Origin: Alphaproteobacteria bacterium
GTDB taxonomy: Bacteria > Pseudomonadota > Alphaproteobacteria > JACAEB01
DNA: 64,000 nt
Assembly (NCBI GenBank): GCA_013389075.1
Contig: JACAEB010000217.1
Location: 1,981 to 65,980, forward strand
Direction of reading: 5' to 3'
Part shown: positions 39,042 to 50,307 of the stretch, piece after piece
How the letters are laid out: every line of letters starts with the position of its first letter
Numbering within the stretch: the stretch's first letter is position 1
The notes under the pieces: generated by a model
What the model was told of the DNA's origin: nothing
The model's input: the letters and a program-made list of their open reading frames with translations, nothing else
Database searches by the model: none
Program-made: the position numbers and the translations under genes

Positions 39042-39815
39042 CTAGCCCGGCTTGCAGGACCCGTGCAGGTCGAAGACCCGGCGCGAGCTGATGTCCGGGC
39101 GGTTCTGTCCATCCGCCCGCATCCAGGCGATGTGATAGGCGCGGGCCCAGCCGGCGCGATCCTCTCCGAGCCCCTTCGCCATGCACAGGCAGTAGGCATC
39201 CGCCCCTTCCGCCGGCCAGTCCGCGAAGGTCTTGCCCGCCGTCTGGCTGCAGACCTTGACATAGGTGCCGGGATCGGTGAGCGGCCAGTCGGAGCTGCGC
39301 GCGAGATAGGACGGCGCATTGTCGGTCACGAAGCCGGTGACGAAACGCTGGCTCTCCTCGATCACGAAGGAGGACCGCTGAAACATCGCATTGGCCATGC
39401 GCAGGAACGTCTCGTCATCCTCGCCCCGCGCCCAGGGCTCGCGCGTCGCCTCCCAGTGCTCGAAGCTCTCGTAATGCGTGATCATGTGGATCGTGTCCAC
39501 ATCGGTCTCCGGCTCGCCCGGAAGCGGCGTCTCCAGCCAGAAGGCGATGTTCCGTGCGCCGATCTTCTCGTAGAACGGCCAGATGTAGACCTGACTGAGG
39601 CGAAGCATCTCCTCGAAGGAGCCCTTCCGCGCCTTGAAGGTCCGCCAGGAAAAGACGCCATCGCTGAGCTTCGCCTCGCCCCGGGAGAGGTCCATTCCCA
39701 CGGCCTCCTCGGCCCGGACAGCGCTCGGGGCCGAGCCAAGCCCGATCGCGAGACCCACCAGAAGGAGCGCCGCTGCCAGATCTCGTCGCGGCCGTGCGTT
39801 TCCTGTCCCTGCCAT
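39042..39815 (-). CDS. Hypothetical secreted protein (257 aa)
   Basis: Signal peptide MAGTGNARPRRDLAAALLLVGLAIGLGSAPSAVRA. RBS GGGAGA. No family recognised. Confidence 0.55.
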   Translation of the reverse strand: MAGTGNARPRRDLAAALLLVGLAIGLGSAPSAVRAEEAVGMDLSRGEAKLSDGVFSWRTFKARKGSFEEMLRLSQVYIWPFYEKIGARNIAFWLETPLPGEPETDVDTIHMITHYESFEHWEATREPWARGEDDETFLRMANAMFQRSSFVIEESQRFVTGFVTDNAPSYLARSSDWPLTDPGTYVKVCSQTAGKTFADWPAEGADAYCLCMAKGLGEDRAGWARAYHIAWMRADGQNRPDISSRRVFDLHGSCKPG

Positions 39816-39900
39816 CGCTGCGTCTCCCGCTTGTTCTGTGAAGAAATGACATCTACAGGAGCGCGGCCGGCCTGTCACCCCGTCCGGCCGGAGCGCGCCC

Positions 39901-41817
39901 TCAGCGCCGGCCGAACAGGCGCTCGATATCGGCCCGGGCGAGCTCCACATAGGTGGGCCGCCCGTGATTGCACTGGCCCGAATGCGGCGTGCGCTCCATC
40001 TCGCGAAGGAGCGCATCCATCTCGGCGAGAGACAGCACGCGGCCCGCACGCACGGACGAGTGACAGGCCATGGTGCCCGCGACCTCCCCGAGCCTCTCCC
40101 TGAGCGAGAGCGCCTCCCCGCCCTCGCTCACCTCGTCGCTGAGATCGCGCACGAGCCCCGCCACGTCGAGGCGGGGCAGCATGGCCGGCACCTCCCGCAC
40201 AAGAACCGTGCCGCCTCCGAAGGGTTCGATCACGAGCCCGAGGTCGGCGAGTTCGTCCGCATGCCGAAGGAGCGCGCGCGCCTCCCCCTCGCCGAGATCG
40301 ACGACCTCGGGCATGAGGAGAGCCTGCCGCGCGATCCCGCCGGAGGCGAGCGCCGCCTTCATGCGCTCATAGACGAGGCGCTCATGCGCCGCATGCTGAT
40401 CGACGAGCACGAAGCCCGTTTCCGTCTCGGCGACGATGTAGGTCGCATGAAGCTGGGCCCGGGCTCGGCCGAGCGGATAGATCTCGCCCGTGTCCTCATC
40501 CGTGCCGGCCGGTGCGGGCGGGATCGCGGGCTCCTCTGTATCGTTGGCGGGAGCACCGAGCGAGGGACGGCGGGCCTCGAATCCGCCCCTCCCGTCCTCG
40601 AGCCCGGCGCGAGCGGCCTCGGCGGGATGGGGCAGATAGGGCGCGCGCGTGAGACCGGGCAGCCCCGCCGGCCGCACGGCCTCGCCGCCGGCGCGGAAGC
40701 GGCCGAGCGCGAATTCGGCGACGCTGGTCGATGCGCGGTGTCCCGCCTCGCCCAATGCATGGCGGAGCCCCGAGACGATCAGGCCCCGGACGATCCCGGC
40801 ATCGCGGAACCGTACCTCGGTCTTGGCCGGATGGACGTTCACATCCACGAACACGGGATCGGCCTCCAGAAACAGGACGGCCTCGGGATGGCGGTCGCGG
40901 GCGAGGAAGTCGGCATAGGCGCCGCGCAGGGCGCCCTGGAGGAGCCTGTCGCGGACCGGCCGTCCGTTCACGAACAGATACTGATGGGTGGAGCTGCCCC
41001 GGGCATGGGTCGGCAGGCCCGCATATCCCGTGAGCTTGAGGGGCAGAAAGCCCTCCATCGTGCGCTCCGCCCGGACCTGTACCGAATTCTCGATGAAGCC
41101 CCGCGCAAGGAGCTCGTCGAGGCGGCGCGGGAGCGCCTCCTCGCCCTCGCCGGCGGACAGATCGAGCAGCGTCCGCCCGTCATGAACGAGCCTGAAGGCG
41201 ACATCGGGGTGGGCCATGGCAAGCCGCTTCACCGTGTCGGTGAGCCCCATGGCCTCGGCCCGTTCGGATTTGAGGAATTTCAGCCGGGCGGGGGTCGCGA
41301 AGAAGAGATCGCAGACCTCGACACGCGTGCCGCCGATCCGGGGGGCCGGCTCGACCGGACCCACGCTGCCGCCGGCCACCGTGATCCGGAACGCGGAGCC
41401 CGCGCCCGACGCTTCGGAGGTGAGCGTCAGCCGGGCGACCGCGCCGATCGAGGGCAGCGCCTCGCCCCGGAATCCGAGCGTGTGGATGTTCAGAAGATCC
41501 ACCCCGTCCTGCGGATCGGGAACGAGCTTGGAGGTCGCATGGCGCTCGACGGCGACGGCGAGCTCATCGCCCGGAATGCCGTGGCCGTCATCTGTGACGA
41601 CGAGGCGTGCGATGCCGCCGCGTTCGGCATGGATCTCGATGCGCCGCGCGCCGGCGTCGAGCGCGTTCTCGGCGAGCTCCTTCACCACCGATGCCGGCCG
41701 CTCGACCACCTCGCCGGCGGCGATGCGGTTCACCGCCGCCTCGGGCAGGCGCCGGATGGCGCGGCGGCCCGCGATCGGCGGGCTCTTGTCCAGTCGGGCG
41801 ATCGGGTCGGCCATCAC
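39901..41817 (-). CDS. mutL: DNA mismatch repair protein MutL
   Basis: GHKL ATPase N-terminus ([14 protein letters not shown]…VTDDGHGI), transducer domain and C-terminal dimerisation domain. Confidence 0.92.
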   Translation of the reverse strand: MMADPIARLDKSPPIAGRRAIRRLPEAAVNRIAAGEVVERPASVVKELAENALDAGARRIEIHAERGGIARLVVTDDGHGIPGDELAVAVERHATSKLVPDPQDGVDLLNIHTLGFRGEALPSIGAVARLTLTSEASGAGSAFRITVAGGSVGPVEPAPRIGGTRVEVCDLFFATPARLKFLKSERAEAMGLTDTVKRLAMAHPDVAFRLVHDGRTLLDLSAGEGEEALPRRLDELLARGFIENSVQVRAERTMEGFLPLKLTGYAGLPTHARGSSTHQYLFVNGRPVRDRLLQGALRGAYADFLARDRHPEAVLFLEADPVFVDVNVHPAKTEVRFRDAGIVRGLIVSGLRHALGEAGHRASTSVAEFALGRFRAGGEAVRPAGLPGLTRAPYLPHPAEAARAGLEDGRGGFEARRPSLGAPANDTEEPAIPPAPAGTDEDTGEIYPLGRARAQLHATYIVAETETGFVLVDQHAAHERLVYERMKAALASGGIARQALLMPEVVDLGEGEARALLRHADELADLGLVIEPFGGGTVLVREVPAMLPRLDVAGLVRDLSDEVSEGGEALSLRERLGEVAGTMACHSSVRAGRVLSLAEMDALLREMERTPHSGQCNHGRPTYVELARADIERLFGRR

Positions 41818-41901
41818 GCGGGCAACACCTGGCTTCGGGGCTCGCGGCCGGGCCCCGTGCCCGCCCCTGCTCCGGCGACCGAGTGTAGCGGAGTCGCGGG
41901 A

Positions 41902-43263
41902 TCAGCGCGTGGGGGACAGGCCCTCGGGCCGGCCGACGGCGACGACGAGCAGCGCGGGATCGGCAAGCAGGCGCCGCGCGACCCGGGCGATGTCCTCCTG
42001 CGTCACCGCCTCGATGAGCTCGTTGCGGACATTGATGTAGCCGATGCCGAGATCGTCGATCTGGATGTCGAGGAGTTCGCGCGCGATCTTGGCGTTCGAA
42101 TCGAAGCGCAGCGGATAGGAACCGGTGAGATAGAGCTTGGCGCCCTCGAGCTCCTCCTCGCCCACGCCGGCCTCGCCCATGCGGGCGAACTCGGCGGCGA
42201 TGAGGCGGAGCGATTCGGCCGCACTCGCATTCTCCGTCCCCACACGGGCGATCAGCACGCCCGCATGCTTGAGCGCCACAAGACCGCTCGAGACGGAGTA
42301 GGCGAGCCCCCGCTTCTCACGGACCTCCTCCATCAGGCGTGAGGCGAAGCCCCCGCCGCCGAGCATGTAGTTCATGACGAAGGCCGGCACGAAGTCCGGA
42401 TCGTCACGCTTGATGCCGCGCGTGCCGACATAGGCGACCGTCTGCGGATTGTCGGCGAGATCGACGACGACCTCTCCGAGATTGCGCAGCTCGGCTTCGG
42501 GAATGGAGGGACGCGGCGCGCCCGCGGGCAGCTGGCCGAAGGTCGCGTCGATCAGCGCCGCAACGGCCTCGGCCTCGAGATTTCCGACCACGGAGATCTT
42601 GAGCCCCTCGCGCGTCAGCATGTCGGCGGCGAAGGCCTTGAGATCGGCCGGCGTGATGGCGGCGATGGACTGCGCCGTGCCGATGGTCGGCCGGCCATAG
42701 GGGTGATCGCCGAAGAGGGACTTGAAGAAGAGCAGCGAGGCCCGCTGGGCGGGGTCTTCCTCCGCCCGCGCGATCTGCACCAACAGCTGGCTGCGGATGC
42801 GCGAGATGGGCTCGGCGTCGAAGCGCGCCTTCGTCAGGGCGAGCGCCAGAAGCTCCGTCGCCAGATCGACATTGGTCGGCAGCGTGGTGAGCGTGACATA
42901 GGTGGCGTCGCGATCGGCCGAGAAGGACAGGCCGATCGAATTGTCCTCAAGCAGCGTGCGGAAGGCGAGGCTGTCATGAGGGCCGGCGCCCTCGTCGAGC
43001 AGAGCCGCGGTGAACACGGCGAGCCCTTCCCTGCCCGCCGGGTCGCGCGCCGACCCGTGGGGGAAGGCCGCCTCGACCACGATCACGGGAACGCTCTCCT
43101 CGCGCACCATCCAGGCCTCGAGCCCCATTGGCGTCGTGATCGCCTCGACCGGGACTGTCGTCTCGGCGGCCCGGGCGGGGGCTCCGGCCAGCGGCGCGAT
43201 GAGCGCGGCCGCCAGGGCCAGCGTCATCGCCCCCCGCCGGGTGAGTGCGGTGAGCGGGGTCAC
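41902..43263 (-). CDS. M16 family peptidase, non-catalytic (HxxEH-less) subunit, secreted
   Basis: Signal peptide, M16 fold without the zinc motif. ATGA-type overlap with the upstream M16 gene. Confidence 0.8.
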   Translation of the reverse strand: MTPLTALTRRGAMTLALAAALIAPLAGAPARAAETTVPVEAITTPMGLEAWMVREESVPVIVVEAAFPHGSARDPAGREGLAVFTAALLDEGAGPHDSLAFRTLLEDNSIGLSFSADRDATYVTLTTLPTNVDLATELLALALTKARFDAEPISRIRSQLLVQIARAEEDPAQRASLLFFKSLFGDHPYGRPTIGTAQSIAAITPADLKAFAADMLTREGLKISVVGNLEAEAVAALIDATFGQLPAGAPRPSIPEAELRNLGEVVVDLADNPQTVAYVGTRGIKRDDPDFVPAFVMNYMLGGGGFASRLMEEVREKRGLAYSVSSGLVALKHAGVLIARVGTENASAAESLRLIAAEFARMGEAGVGEEELEGAKLYLTGSYPLRFDSNAKIARELLDIQIDDLGIGYINVRNELIEAVTQEDIARVARRLLADPALLVVAVGRPEGLSPTR

Positions 43264-44681
43264 GGGCGGGCCTCCTCTGCGGGCGCGGGGCGCAGCGTTC
43301 CGGTCACGGAGCGATTGGGGACGAGGACCTTGCGCGCGGCCTCCATCACCGCCTCGGGGGTGACGCCGGCAAGGCGCACCGGCCAGGCTTCGATGTCCTC
43401 GAGCGTGCGGCCCGTGGTCAGCGCGGACCCGTAGAGGCGCGTCATGGCGTACTGGCTGTCCTTGGCGTAGAGCGCATCGGAGAGGATGCGCCGCTTGGCC
43501 GCGCGCACCTCCTCCTCGCTCACGCCATCGCTCAGAAGCGTGGCGATGACGCGGTCGATGCCCGCCTCCAGCGCTTCCAGCGACACGCCCTCGCGCGGCA
43601 GGGCCGAGATCGAGAAGCGCGTCGCGTTGAGCGCATCGACCCAGTACCAGGTGCCCGCCGTGGCGGCGAGCGCCTCGTCGATCACGAGCGCCTTGTAGAG
43701 CCGCGAGGTCGAGCGGGCCCCGAGAATGTCCTCGAGCACGACCAGCGCCTCGGCCTCGCCCGGCGCGGCGGTGGCGTAGCTGGGCGCGAGATAGCGCCGC
43801 TCGATCAGCGCGGTGCGGGCGCGGGCATCGACCATCTCCACCCGGCGGGCGGCATGGGGCTCCGGCTCGCTCGGGCGCACCCGCTCGGGCACGGGGCGGG
43901 CCTTGATGCGCCCATAGGTCCGCTCGGCGAGGGCGCGGACCTCGTCCGCCGCCACGTCGCCGGCGACGATCAGGATGGCGTTCGAGGGCGTGTAGTGGGC
44001 CTCGTAGAAGGCGATCGCATAGTCGCGCGAGAGCGCCCGCATCTCGTGCTCCCAGCCGATGATCGGGATGCCGTAGGGATGGTTGAGAAACAGCGCGGCG
44101 TCGATTTCCTCGTCGAGCTGGGCCTGCGGATCGTTGTCGACCCGCATGCTCCGCTCCTAGAGGATGACGGCGCGCTCGGGCACGATCACCTCGTCGGTGA
44201 GGACAAGACCGGTCATCCGGTCCGCCTCCATCTTCATGACGATGGGCAGGCGATCGACGGCGATCCGCTGGAAATAGGCCGTGTAGTCATAGGAGGTGAA
44301 GGCGTTGTCCTGGCCGCCATTGCGGGCGACGATCTTCGAGAACTCCCCGGGCTCCATGTCGCGCGTGCCCTTGAACATCAGATGCTCGAAGAAATGCGCG
44401 ATGCCGGAGCGGCCCCAGGGCTCGTCGGCCGCGCCTGTGCGGTACCACACCATGTGCGTGACCACCGGCATCCGGGGATCGGGGATGACCACGACCTGCA
44501 TGCCGTTGCGCAAGGTGAAGGTCTCGGCGCGCATCGCCTCCTGAAGCTCGCGCGCGAGCGCCTCGATCTCGGGGTCCGGCACCGCGGCGAGGGCGGGCCG
44601 CGGGGCGGCGCAGGCGATCGCCAGCGCAAAGGCGAGCCCGGCAAGCCAGGCCCGGCGGGGGGCGGAACTCAGTGGTGCCAT
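43260..44681 (-). pseudogene. M16 family zinc peptidase (HxxEH catalytic subunit) interrupted by a single in-frame TAG at 44157..44159
   Basis: N-part (44157..44681) carries [11 protein letters not shown]. The C-part (43260..44147) continues colinearly: …ERAVIL[TAG]ERSMRVDNDPQ…, equivalent to …VLEERRLRVDN… in intact homologues. Same reading frame. Confidence 0.75.
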
Positions 44682-44712
44682 GACGACGTCCCGGTTCGGG
44701 CCGCCCGGGGCC

Positions 44713-45261
44713 TTAGAACAGGCCGCCCGCGCGACGCGTGATGGTGGGGGTCTCCTGACCCGTGACGGTCTCGCCCCGCGCGCGCGTCTCGCGGATGCGC
44801 TCGGCTTCGGCTGCGGCGTTCACCACCTCTTCGGGCAGCTCCGGCTTGTTCCAGAAGAGGATCTTGTTGGCGACGGTCTGCTCCTTCTCGAGCAGGGCCG
44901 TGGTCTCTTCGGTGATGACGCGCCGGATGTCGGGATTGGCGGCGTCCGCTCCGGTCCGGGCGATGAGGGTCGCCTCGGCCGAGGACACGCCGCTCGCCGT
45001 GCGCCCCGCCGAGTCGAACACGAGGCTGCGGGCGCGGTTCGCGGGGGTCTCTTCCTGCGGCCGGGGCGCGCCCGGCTGAGGCGGCTTCAGCGTGTAGTCC
45101 GGCGGCAGGACCAGCGGCGCCTTGGTCACGATGGCGAACTCGTCCGGTGGATCCTTCGTGATCCCCAGCGCCGAGCCGACGCTCGAGCACGCTCCCAGCG
45201 AGAGCATCATGACTGCGCTGCCCGCAAGGGCTGTGAGCCTGATCATGGTCCGGTTCGTCAT
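44713..45261 (-). CDS. Lipoprotein (DUF3035-like, assignment uncertain)
   Basis: Signal/lipobox [25 protein letters not shown]. Lies upstream of lspA. Confidence 0.6.
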   Translation of the reverse strand: MTNRTMIRLTALAGSAVMMLSLGACSSVGSALGITKDPPDEFAIVTKAPLVLPPDYTLKPPQPGAPRPQEETPANRARSLVFDSAGRTASGVSSAEATLIARTGADAANPDIRRVITEETTALLEKEQTVANKILFWNKPELPEEVVNAAAEAERIRETRARGETVTGQETPTITRRAGGLF

Positions 45262-45280
45262 GGTCCGTCCTTCGCCCAAA

Positions 45281-45805
45281 TCAGCGCCCCTCCCCGATGA
45301 AGGAGACATATAGCAACCCGGCGACGCCCAAAACAATCGCGCTGTCGGCCACGTTGAACACGTACCAGTGGTAGCCGAAGGCGTGGAATTCGAAAAAGTC
45401 GACGACGGCCGCGTAGGTGAGCCGGTCCACGAGATTGCCGATCGCCCCGCCGATCACCGCCCCCACCGCAAGGGCCGTCACCCGGTCGGCCGCACGCCTC
45501 AGCCAGAGAACGAGTCCCCCCGCCACGACCAGGGAAAAGAGAATGAGCAGCCAGCGCTGCCATTCCGCCTCGCCCTGAAAGAGCCCGAAGCTCACGCCCC
45601 GGTTCCACACGAGCGAGAGGTTGAAGAACGGGAAGACCTCGACCGACGGGCCGGGAAAGAAGCTGTCTGGCCGGGTATAGGGCGCATAGCCGAAGCCGAG
45701 GATGACGGCGAGCTTCGTCAGCTGGTCGAGCAGGAACACGCCGAGCGCGAGCCCCGCGCCCGCTCGCGCATACGTGCCCTCGCGGGGCGCACTCCCCTCG
45801 CTCAT
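45281..45805 (-). CDS. lspA: Lipoprotein signal peptidase (signal peptidase II)
   Basis: Conserved LspA TM core (FFNLSLVWNRGVSFG…NVADSAI). Confidence 0.88.
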   Translation of the reverse strand: MSEGSAPREGTYARAGAGLALGVFLLDQLTKLAVILGFGYAPYTRPDSFFPGPSVEVFPFFNLSLVWNRGVSFGLFQGEAEWQRWLLILFSLVVAGGLVLWLRRAADRVTALAVGAVIGGAIGNLVDRLTYAAVVDFFEFHAFGYHWYVFNVADSAIVLGVAGLLYVSFIGEGR

Positions 45806-45890
45806 GCGGCGACCTCTCCGCTCGCGCCTCCCCATCCCGGACGGCAAGGCGTCCTATCAGGGGCCGCCCGGAATGGCAATCTTCGTTCCC

Positions 45891-48758
45891 TCACCCCGCT
45901 TCGACCACGCCATGGCAGCGGGCGCAGAGATTGGGATCGGCATGGCTGCCCACATCGGGCAGGTGCTTCCAGCAGCGCTCGCAGCGCGCGCCCTCGGCCC
46001 GCGCGAAGCCGACTGCGATGCCCGGCATGTCCTCGAGCCGGTAGGCGTCCGCCGGTCCCTCGCCCTCCGCGAGCGTCAGGCCCGAGACGATGGCGATGTC
46101 GGCCCAGTCGTCCGCGCCCATCAGCGCCCGGTCGCCGGCGTCGGCGAGGTAGAGCGTGGGCGCGGCCTCGAGGCTCGCCCCGATCACCCGCTCGCGGCGC
46201 TGAAGCTCGAGCGCGCCCGTCAGTACACGGCGGATGTCGCGGATGCGCTGCCAGCGGCCGGCAAGATCCTCATCGGCCCAGTCCCGGGGCAGGTCGGGGA
46301 ACTGGCGCAGATGGACCGAGCCCACGGCGTCGCCAGCCTCGCCATGCCGGCACAGATGCGCCTCCTCGGCGGTGAAGACGAGGACGGGCGCGAGCCAGGC
46401 CGTGAGGCAGCCGAGCAGGTCATCGAGCACGGTGCGCGCGGCCCGCCGGCGAAGCGATCCGGGACCGTCGCAATAAAGGACGTCCTTGCGGATGTCGAAA
46501 TAGAAGGCCGACAGATCGTTCGTCATGAACTCGATCAGCCCGTGCATGACGCGCGCGAAATCATAGGCGCCGTAGCCCGCGCGCACGCGCTCGTCCATCG
46601 CCGCGAGGCGCGCGAGCACATAGCGCTCGAGTTCGGGCATCTCGGCATATGGCACGCTTTCGGCCTCGGAGAAGCCCGCGAGGCTGCCGAGGAGGAAGCG
46701 CAGCGTGTTGCGCAGCTTCCTGTACTGATCGACCGTGCCCTTGAGGATCTCGGGGCCGATCCGATGGTCCTCGGAATAGTCGAGCGTAGCGGCCCAAAGG
46801 CGCAGGATCTCCGCACCGTTCTGCTGGATGACCTTCTCTGGATCGACGACGTTTCCGAGGGATTTGGACATCTTCCGCCCGCGTTCGTCGAGCGTGAAGG
46901 CGTGGGTGATGACCCCGTCATAGGGGGCCCGGCCGCGCGTGCCGCAGGCCTCGAGCAGCGAGGACTGGAACCAGCCGCGATGCTGGTCCGAGCCTTCGAG
47001 ATAGATGTCCGCGGGCCATTTGAGATCGGGACGGGCCTCGAGCACGAAGGCGTGGGTGCAGGCCGAGTCGAACCAGACATCGAGAATGTCGTCGATCTTC
47101 TCGTAATCCGCAGGCTGATGATCCGGCGCGAGGAACCGCGCGCCGTCCGCGCTCGCGAACCAGGCCTCGATGCCTTCGGCCTCGATCGCCCCGGCGATGC
47201 GCGCATTGACCGCCGCATCGCGCAGGATTTCGCCCGACCGGCGATCGACGAAGAGGCCGAGCGGCACGCCCCACACCCGCTGACGCGAGAGCACCCAGTC
47301 GGGCCGGTTCTGGACCATGGAGCGGATGCGGTTGCGCCTCTGGGGCGGGTAGAAGGCCGTCGAATCGATGGCGGCGAGTGCCGCCTCGCGCAGGCCGGTC
47401 TCGTCGAGCGCCACGAACCATTGCGGCGTGGCGCGGAAGATCACCGGCGCCTTCGAGCGCCAGGAATGGGGATACTGGTGCTCGAGCTTGCCGCGCGCGA
47501 GCAGCGCCCCCGCCCCGACCAGCGCCTCCATCACCGCGCCGTTCGCATCGCCCTCCTTGCCGTCGGGCCGCAGGACGCGGGCGGCCTGCCGGCCCCCGGC
47601 CGCTCCGAAGCCCGGCACGGTGTCGTAATAGCGGCCATCGGGACCGACCGTCTGCGGAACATCGATGCCGTGCGCCTTGCAGAGCGCGAAGTCGTCCTCG
47701 CCATGGCCGGGGGCGAGATGAACGAAGCCCGTGCCCTGTTCGGCCGTGACGAACGCGCCGGGCAGGAGCGGAATGCCCCGTTCGGGCCGGTAGAAAACTC
47801 CCAGATCCGAGAAGGGATGGGCACAGACGGTTCCGGCGGGATCGGCATCGCCAAGACGCGTCCAGCTCACGATCCGTGCCGCCGCCTTCACGCTTTCGGC
47901 GAGATCGTCGCAGAGCAGGAGGCGCTCGCCCGCCCGGGCAAGGCTGCCCTCGGCGAGGGTGCCGACCTCGTAGAGGCCGTAGCGCAGATCGGGGCCGTAG
48001 CCGATGGCGCGGTTGCCCGGCAGCGTCCAGGGCGTCGTCGTCCAGATGACGACCGACGCGCCCTCCAACGTCCCGGCCGTGACGACCCTGAAGCGCACGA
48101 AGACCGTGGTCGAGACATGGTCCTGATACTCGACCTCGGCCTCGGCGAGCGCGGTCTTCTCGACGACGGACCACATGACCGGCTTGAAGCCCCGATAGAG
48201 CGCGCCGGACATGAGGAACTTGTGCAGTTCACGGAGGATCGCCGCCTCCGAGGCGGGCTTCATGGTGAGGTAGGGATTGTCCCAGTCGCCGACGATGCCG
48301 AGCCGCTTGAAGCCCGCACGCTGACGGTCGATCCATTTCGAGGCGAAAGCCCGGCATTCGCCGATGAAGTCGGTGACCTTCACCTCGTCCTTGTTGCGCT
48401 TCTGCTTGCGGAACTCCTGCTCGACCGCCCATTCGATGGGCAGGCCGTGGCAGTCCCAGCCCGGAACGTAATTGGCGTCGAAGCCGGTCATCTGCTTCGA
48501 GCGGATCACGATGTCCTTCAGCACCTTGTTGAGGACGTGGCCGGCATGGATGTCGCCATTGGCATAGGGCGGGCCGTCATGGAGGACGAAGCGCGGCCGG
48601 CCCCGCGCGTCCGCCCTGAGGCGGGCGTAAAGATCCATCGCCTCCCAGCGCGCGAGCCATTCGGGCGCGCGCTGGGGCAGGCCGGCCTTCATCGGGAAGG
48701 GCGTCTCGGGAAGAAACACCGTGGAGCGGTAATCACGCGCCGTGTCGTCACTGGCCAT
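45891..48758 (-). CDS. ileS: Isoleucine--tRNA ligase
   Basis: HIGH (PYANGDIHAGH) and KMSKS motifs, editing domain and Zn-finger C-terminus. Track ORF trimmed to MASDD start. Confidence 0.95.
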   Translation of the reverse strand: MASDDTARDYRSTVFLPETPFPMKAGLPQRAPEWLARWEAMDLYARLRADARGRPRFVLHDGPPYANGDIHAGHVLNKVLKDIVIRSKQMTGFDANYVPGWDCHGLPIEWAVEQEFRKQKRNKDEVKVTDFIGECRAFASKWIDRQRAGFKRLGIVGDWDNPYLTMKPASEAAILRELHKFLMSGALYRGFKPVMWSVVEKTALAEAEVEYQDHVSTTVFVRFRVVTAGTLEGASVVIWTTTPWTLPGNRAIGYGPDLRYGLYEVGTLAEGSLARAGERLLLCDDLAESVKAAARIVSWTRLGDADPAGTVCAHPFSDLGVFYRPERGIPLLPGAFVTAEQGTGFVHLAPGHGEDDFALCKAHGIDVPQTVGPDGRYYDTVPGFGAAGGRQAARVLRPDGKEGDANGAVMEALVGAGALLARGKLEHQYPHSWRSKAPVIFRATPQWFVALDETGLREAALAAIDSTAFYPPQRRNRIRSMVQNRPDWVLSRQRVWGVPLGLFVDRRSGEILRDAAVNARIAGAIEAEGIEAWFASADGARFLAPDHQPADYEKIDDILDVWFDSACTHAFVLEARPDLKWPADIYLEGSDQHRGWFQSSLLEACGTRGRAPYDGVITHAFTLDERGRKMSKSLGNVVDPEKVIQQNGAEILRLWAATLDYSEDHRIGPEILKGTVDQYRKLRNTLRFLLGSLAGFSEAESVPYAEMPELERYVLARLAAMDERVRAGYGAYDFARVMHGLIEFMTNDLSAFYFDIRKDVLYCDGPGSLRRRAARTVLDDLLGCLTAWLAPVLVFTAEEAHLCRHGEAGDAVGSVHLRQFPDLPRDWADEDLAGRWQRIRDIRRVLTGALELQRRERVIGASLEAAPTLYLADAGDRALMGADDWADIAIVSGLTLAEGEGPADAYRLEDMPGIAVGFARAEGARCERCWKHLPDVGSHADPNLCARCHGVVEAG

Positions 48759-48765
48759 GCAAGCC

Positions 48766-49749
48766 TCAGCCTTTTTCGTCGGTCTGCGGATGGTTGTCCC
48801 GGTCCGAGAGCCAGGCCCGCGCCGCGTCCGCATCGCGGGCGATCTGCGCCTTGAGCGCGTCGAGCCCGTCGAACTTCCGCTCGGGCCGCAGGAAATGGAG
48901 CAGGCGAACGGCGAGAGAGTGCCCGTAGAGGTCCTCGTCCACCTCGAAGAGATGGGCCTCCACCACCGGCTCGGGTCCGCCGTTCACCGTCGGCCGCACG
49001 CCGACATTGGCAACGCCCGGCAGCAGGCGGCGCGGCTCCCCCGCCCCGTGCTCGACCTCGACCGCATAGACCCCGAAGGCCGGATGCTGATAGTCGGCGA
49101 GCGGCAGATTGGCCGTGGGAAAGCCGATCGTGCGCCCGCGCCTGTGGCCCGCCGCGACGCGGCCATCGACCACGAAGGGCGCGCCGAGGAAGCGGGCGGC
49201 CTCCTCCATCCGTCCCGCCGCGATCAGCCGGCGGATGACCGAGGAGGAGAGCACCCGGCGCCCGCCTTCGGCCTCGACCTCGAAGGGCGGGACGACCGTG
49301 AGGCCGAAGCCCTCCATCTCGCCGCTGTAGCCGAGCACGCCGGTGTCGCCGCTGCGGGCCCGGCCGAAGCGGAAGCCCTCGCCCACCACGACATGCAGGA
49401 CGGCGATGCCGGTGACGAGCACGTCCATGATGAAATCGGAGGCGTCCTTCCCTGCCAGCGCGGCATCGAAGGGCAGCGCATAGAGCACGTCGACGCCCAG
49501 CGCCTCGAGCCGTCGCGCCTTGGTCTCGAAGGAGGTCAGCCGGAAGGGTTCGCCCTCGGGATTGAAGAAGCTGCGCGGATGGGGCTCGAAGGTCATCACG
49601 CCGAGCGGCGCGCCGATCTCCGCCGCCCTCCGGGCCGCCTCGCCGATGACGTGGCGATGGCCCAGATGCACGCCGTCGAAATTGCCGATGGCGACGACCG
49701 CCCCACGGCAGGTGGACGGCAGATCGGTATGACGGGAGACGATTCGCAT
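48766..49749 (-). CDS. ribF: Bifunctional riboflavin kinase / FMN adenylyltransferase
   Basis: VVAIGNFDGVHLGH motif and C-terminal riboflavin kinase domain. Conserved ribF-ileS-lspA order. Confidence 0.9.
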   Translation of the reverse strand: MRIVSRHTDLPSTCRGAVVAIGNFDGVHLGHRHVIGEAARRAAEIGAPLGVMTFEPHPRSFFNPEGEPFRLTSFETKARRLEALGVDVLYALPFDAALAGKDASDFIMDVLVTGIAVLHVVVGEGFRFGRARSGDTGVLGYSGEMEGFGLTVVPPFEVEAEGGRRVLSSSVIRRLIAAGRMEEAARFLGAPFVVDGRVAAGHRRGRTIGFPTANLPLADYQHPAFGVYAVEVEHGAGEPRRLLPGVANVGVRPTVNGGPEPVVEAHLFEVDEDLYGHSLAVRLLHFLRPERKFDGLDALKAQIARDADAARAWLSDRDNHPQTDEKG

Positions 49750-49920
49750 GAACGGCGTGGCTCTTCGGGCAGGGCTCTGGCGGAAGGGCCCCCGCCCGGC
49801 GCACCCGCCCCGGGGACCCACCGGAGCGTTACGGGAAAGCGCCGCACCGCGCAACCGCCCGCGCGGGACACAGATGATCGTTGGGGACCGGGGCCGCCGC
49901 GATCCGGGCCGGGCGAGGCG

Positions 49921-50283
49921 TCAGGGCTTCTTCACCCAGCTTCCGTCGGCCTTGCGGAAATACTCGCCCGAGGGTGTGCGGTCGAAGAGCTGCTGGCCGA
50001 AAATGGCCTCGACCGCTTCGAGCGTGGAATTGGTCTTGCGGGCGGTGTCGCGATAGAGCTCGCGGCGCTTGAGATTGACCTCGTCGATCTGACGCTGGAC
50101 CTCGGGCGAGACCGCGCCCACCGCCGCCATGTAGCCGCTGGCGGTGTCGCCCACGAGCCCCGCCCGCCGCTCGGCATCGAGCACCCGGGCCGCGTTCGAG
50201 CTGGTGGGCAGAAGGCTCGCGCCGACGGCGATGAGGAAGGCGAGGGCTGCGAGCAGTCCGCGTTTGGTGATCGGGGTCGCCAT
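49921..50283 (-). CDS. ydbL: YdbL family periplasmic protein (DUF1318)
   Basis: Signal peptide. DUF1318-like core (GLVGDTASGYMAAV…EVNLKRRELY). RBS AAGGAG 6 nt upstream. Confidence 0.7.
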   Translation of the reverse strand: MATPITKRGLLAALAFLIAVGASLLPTSSNAARVLDAERRAGLVGDTASGYMAAVGAVSPEVQRQIDEVNLKRRELYRDTARKTNSTLEAVEAIFGQQLFDRTPSGEYFRKADGSWVKKP

Positions 50284-50307
50284 GGCGCGCTCCTTCGTCA
50301 TCTGCGG

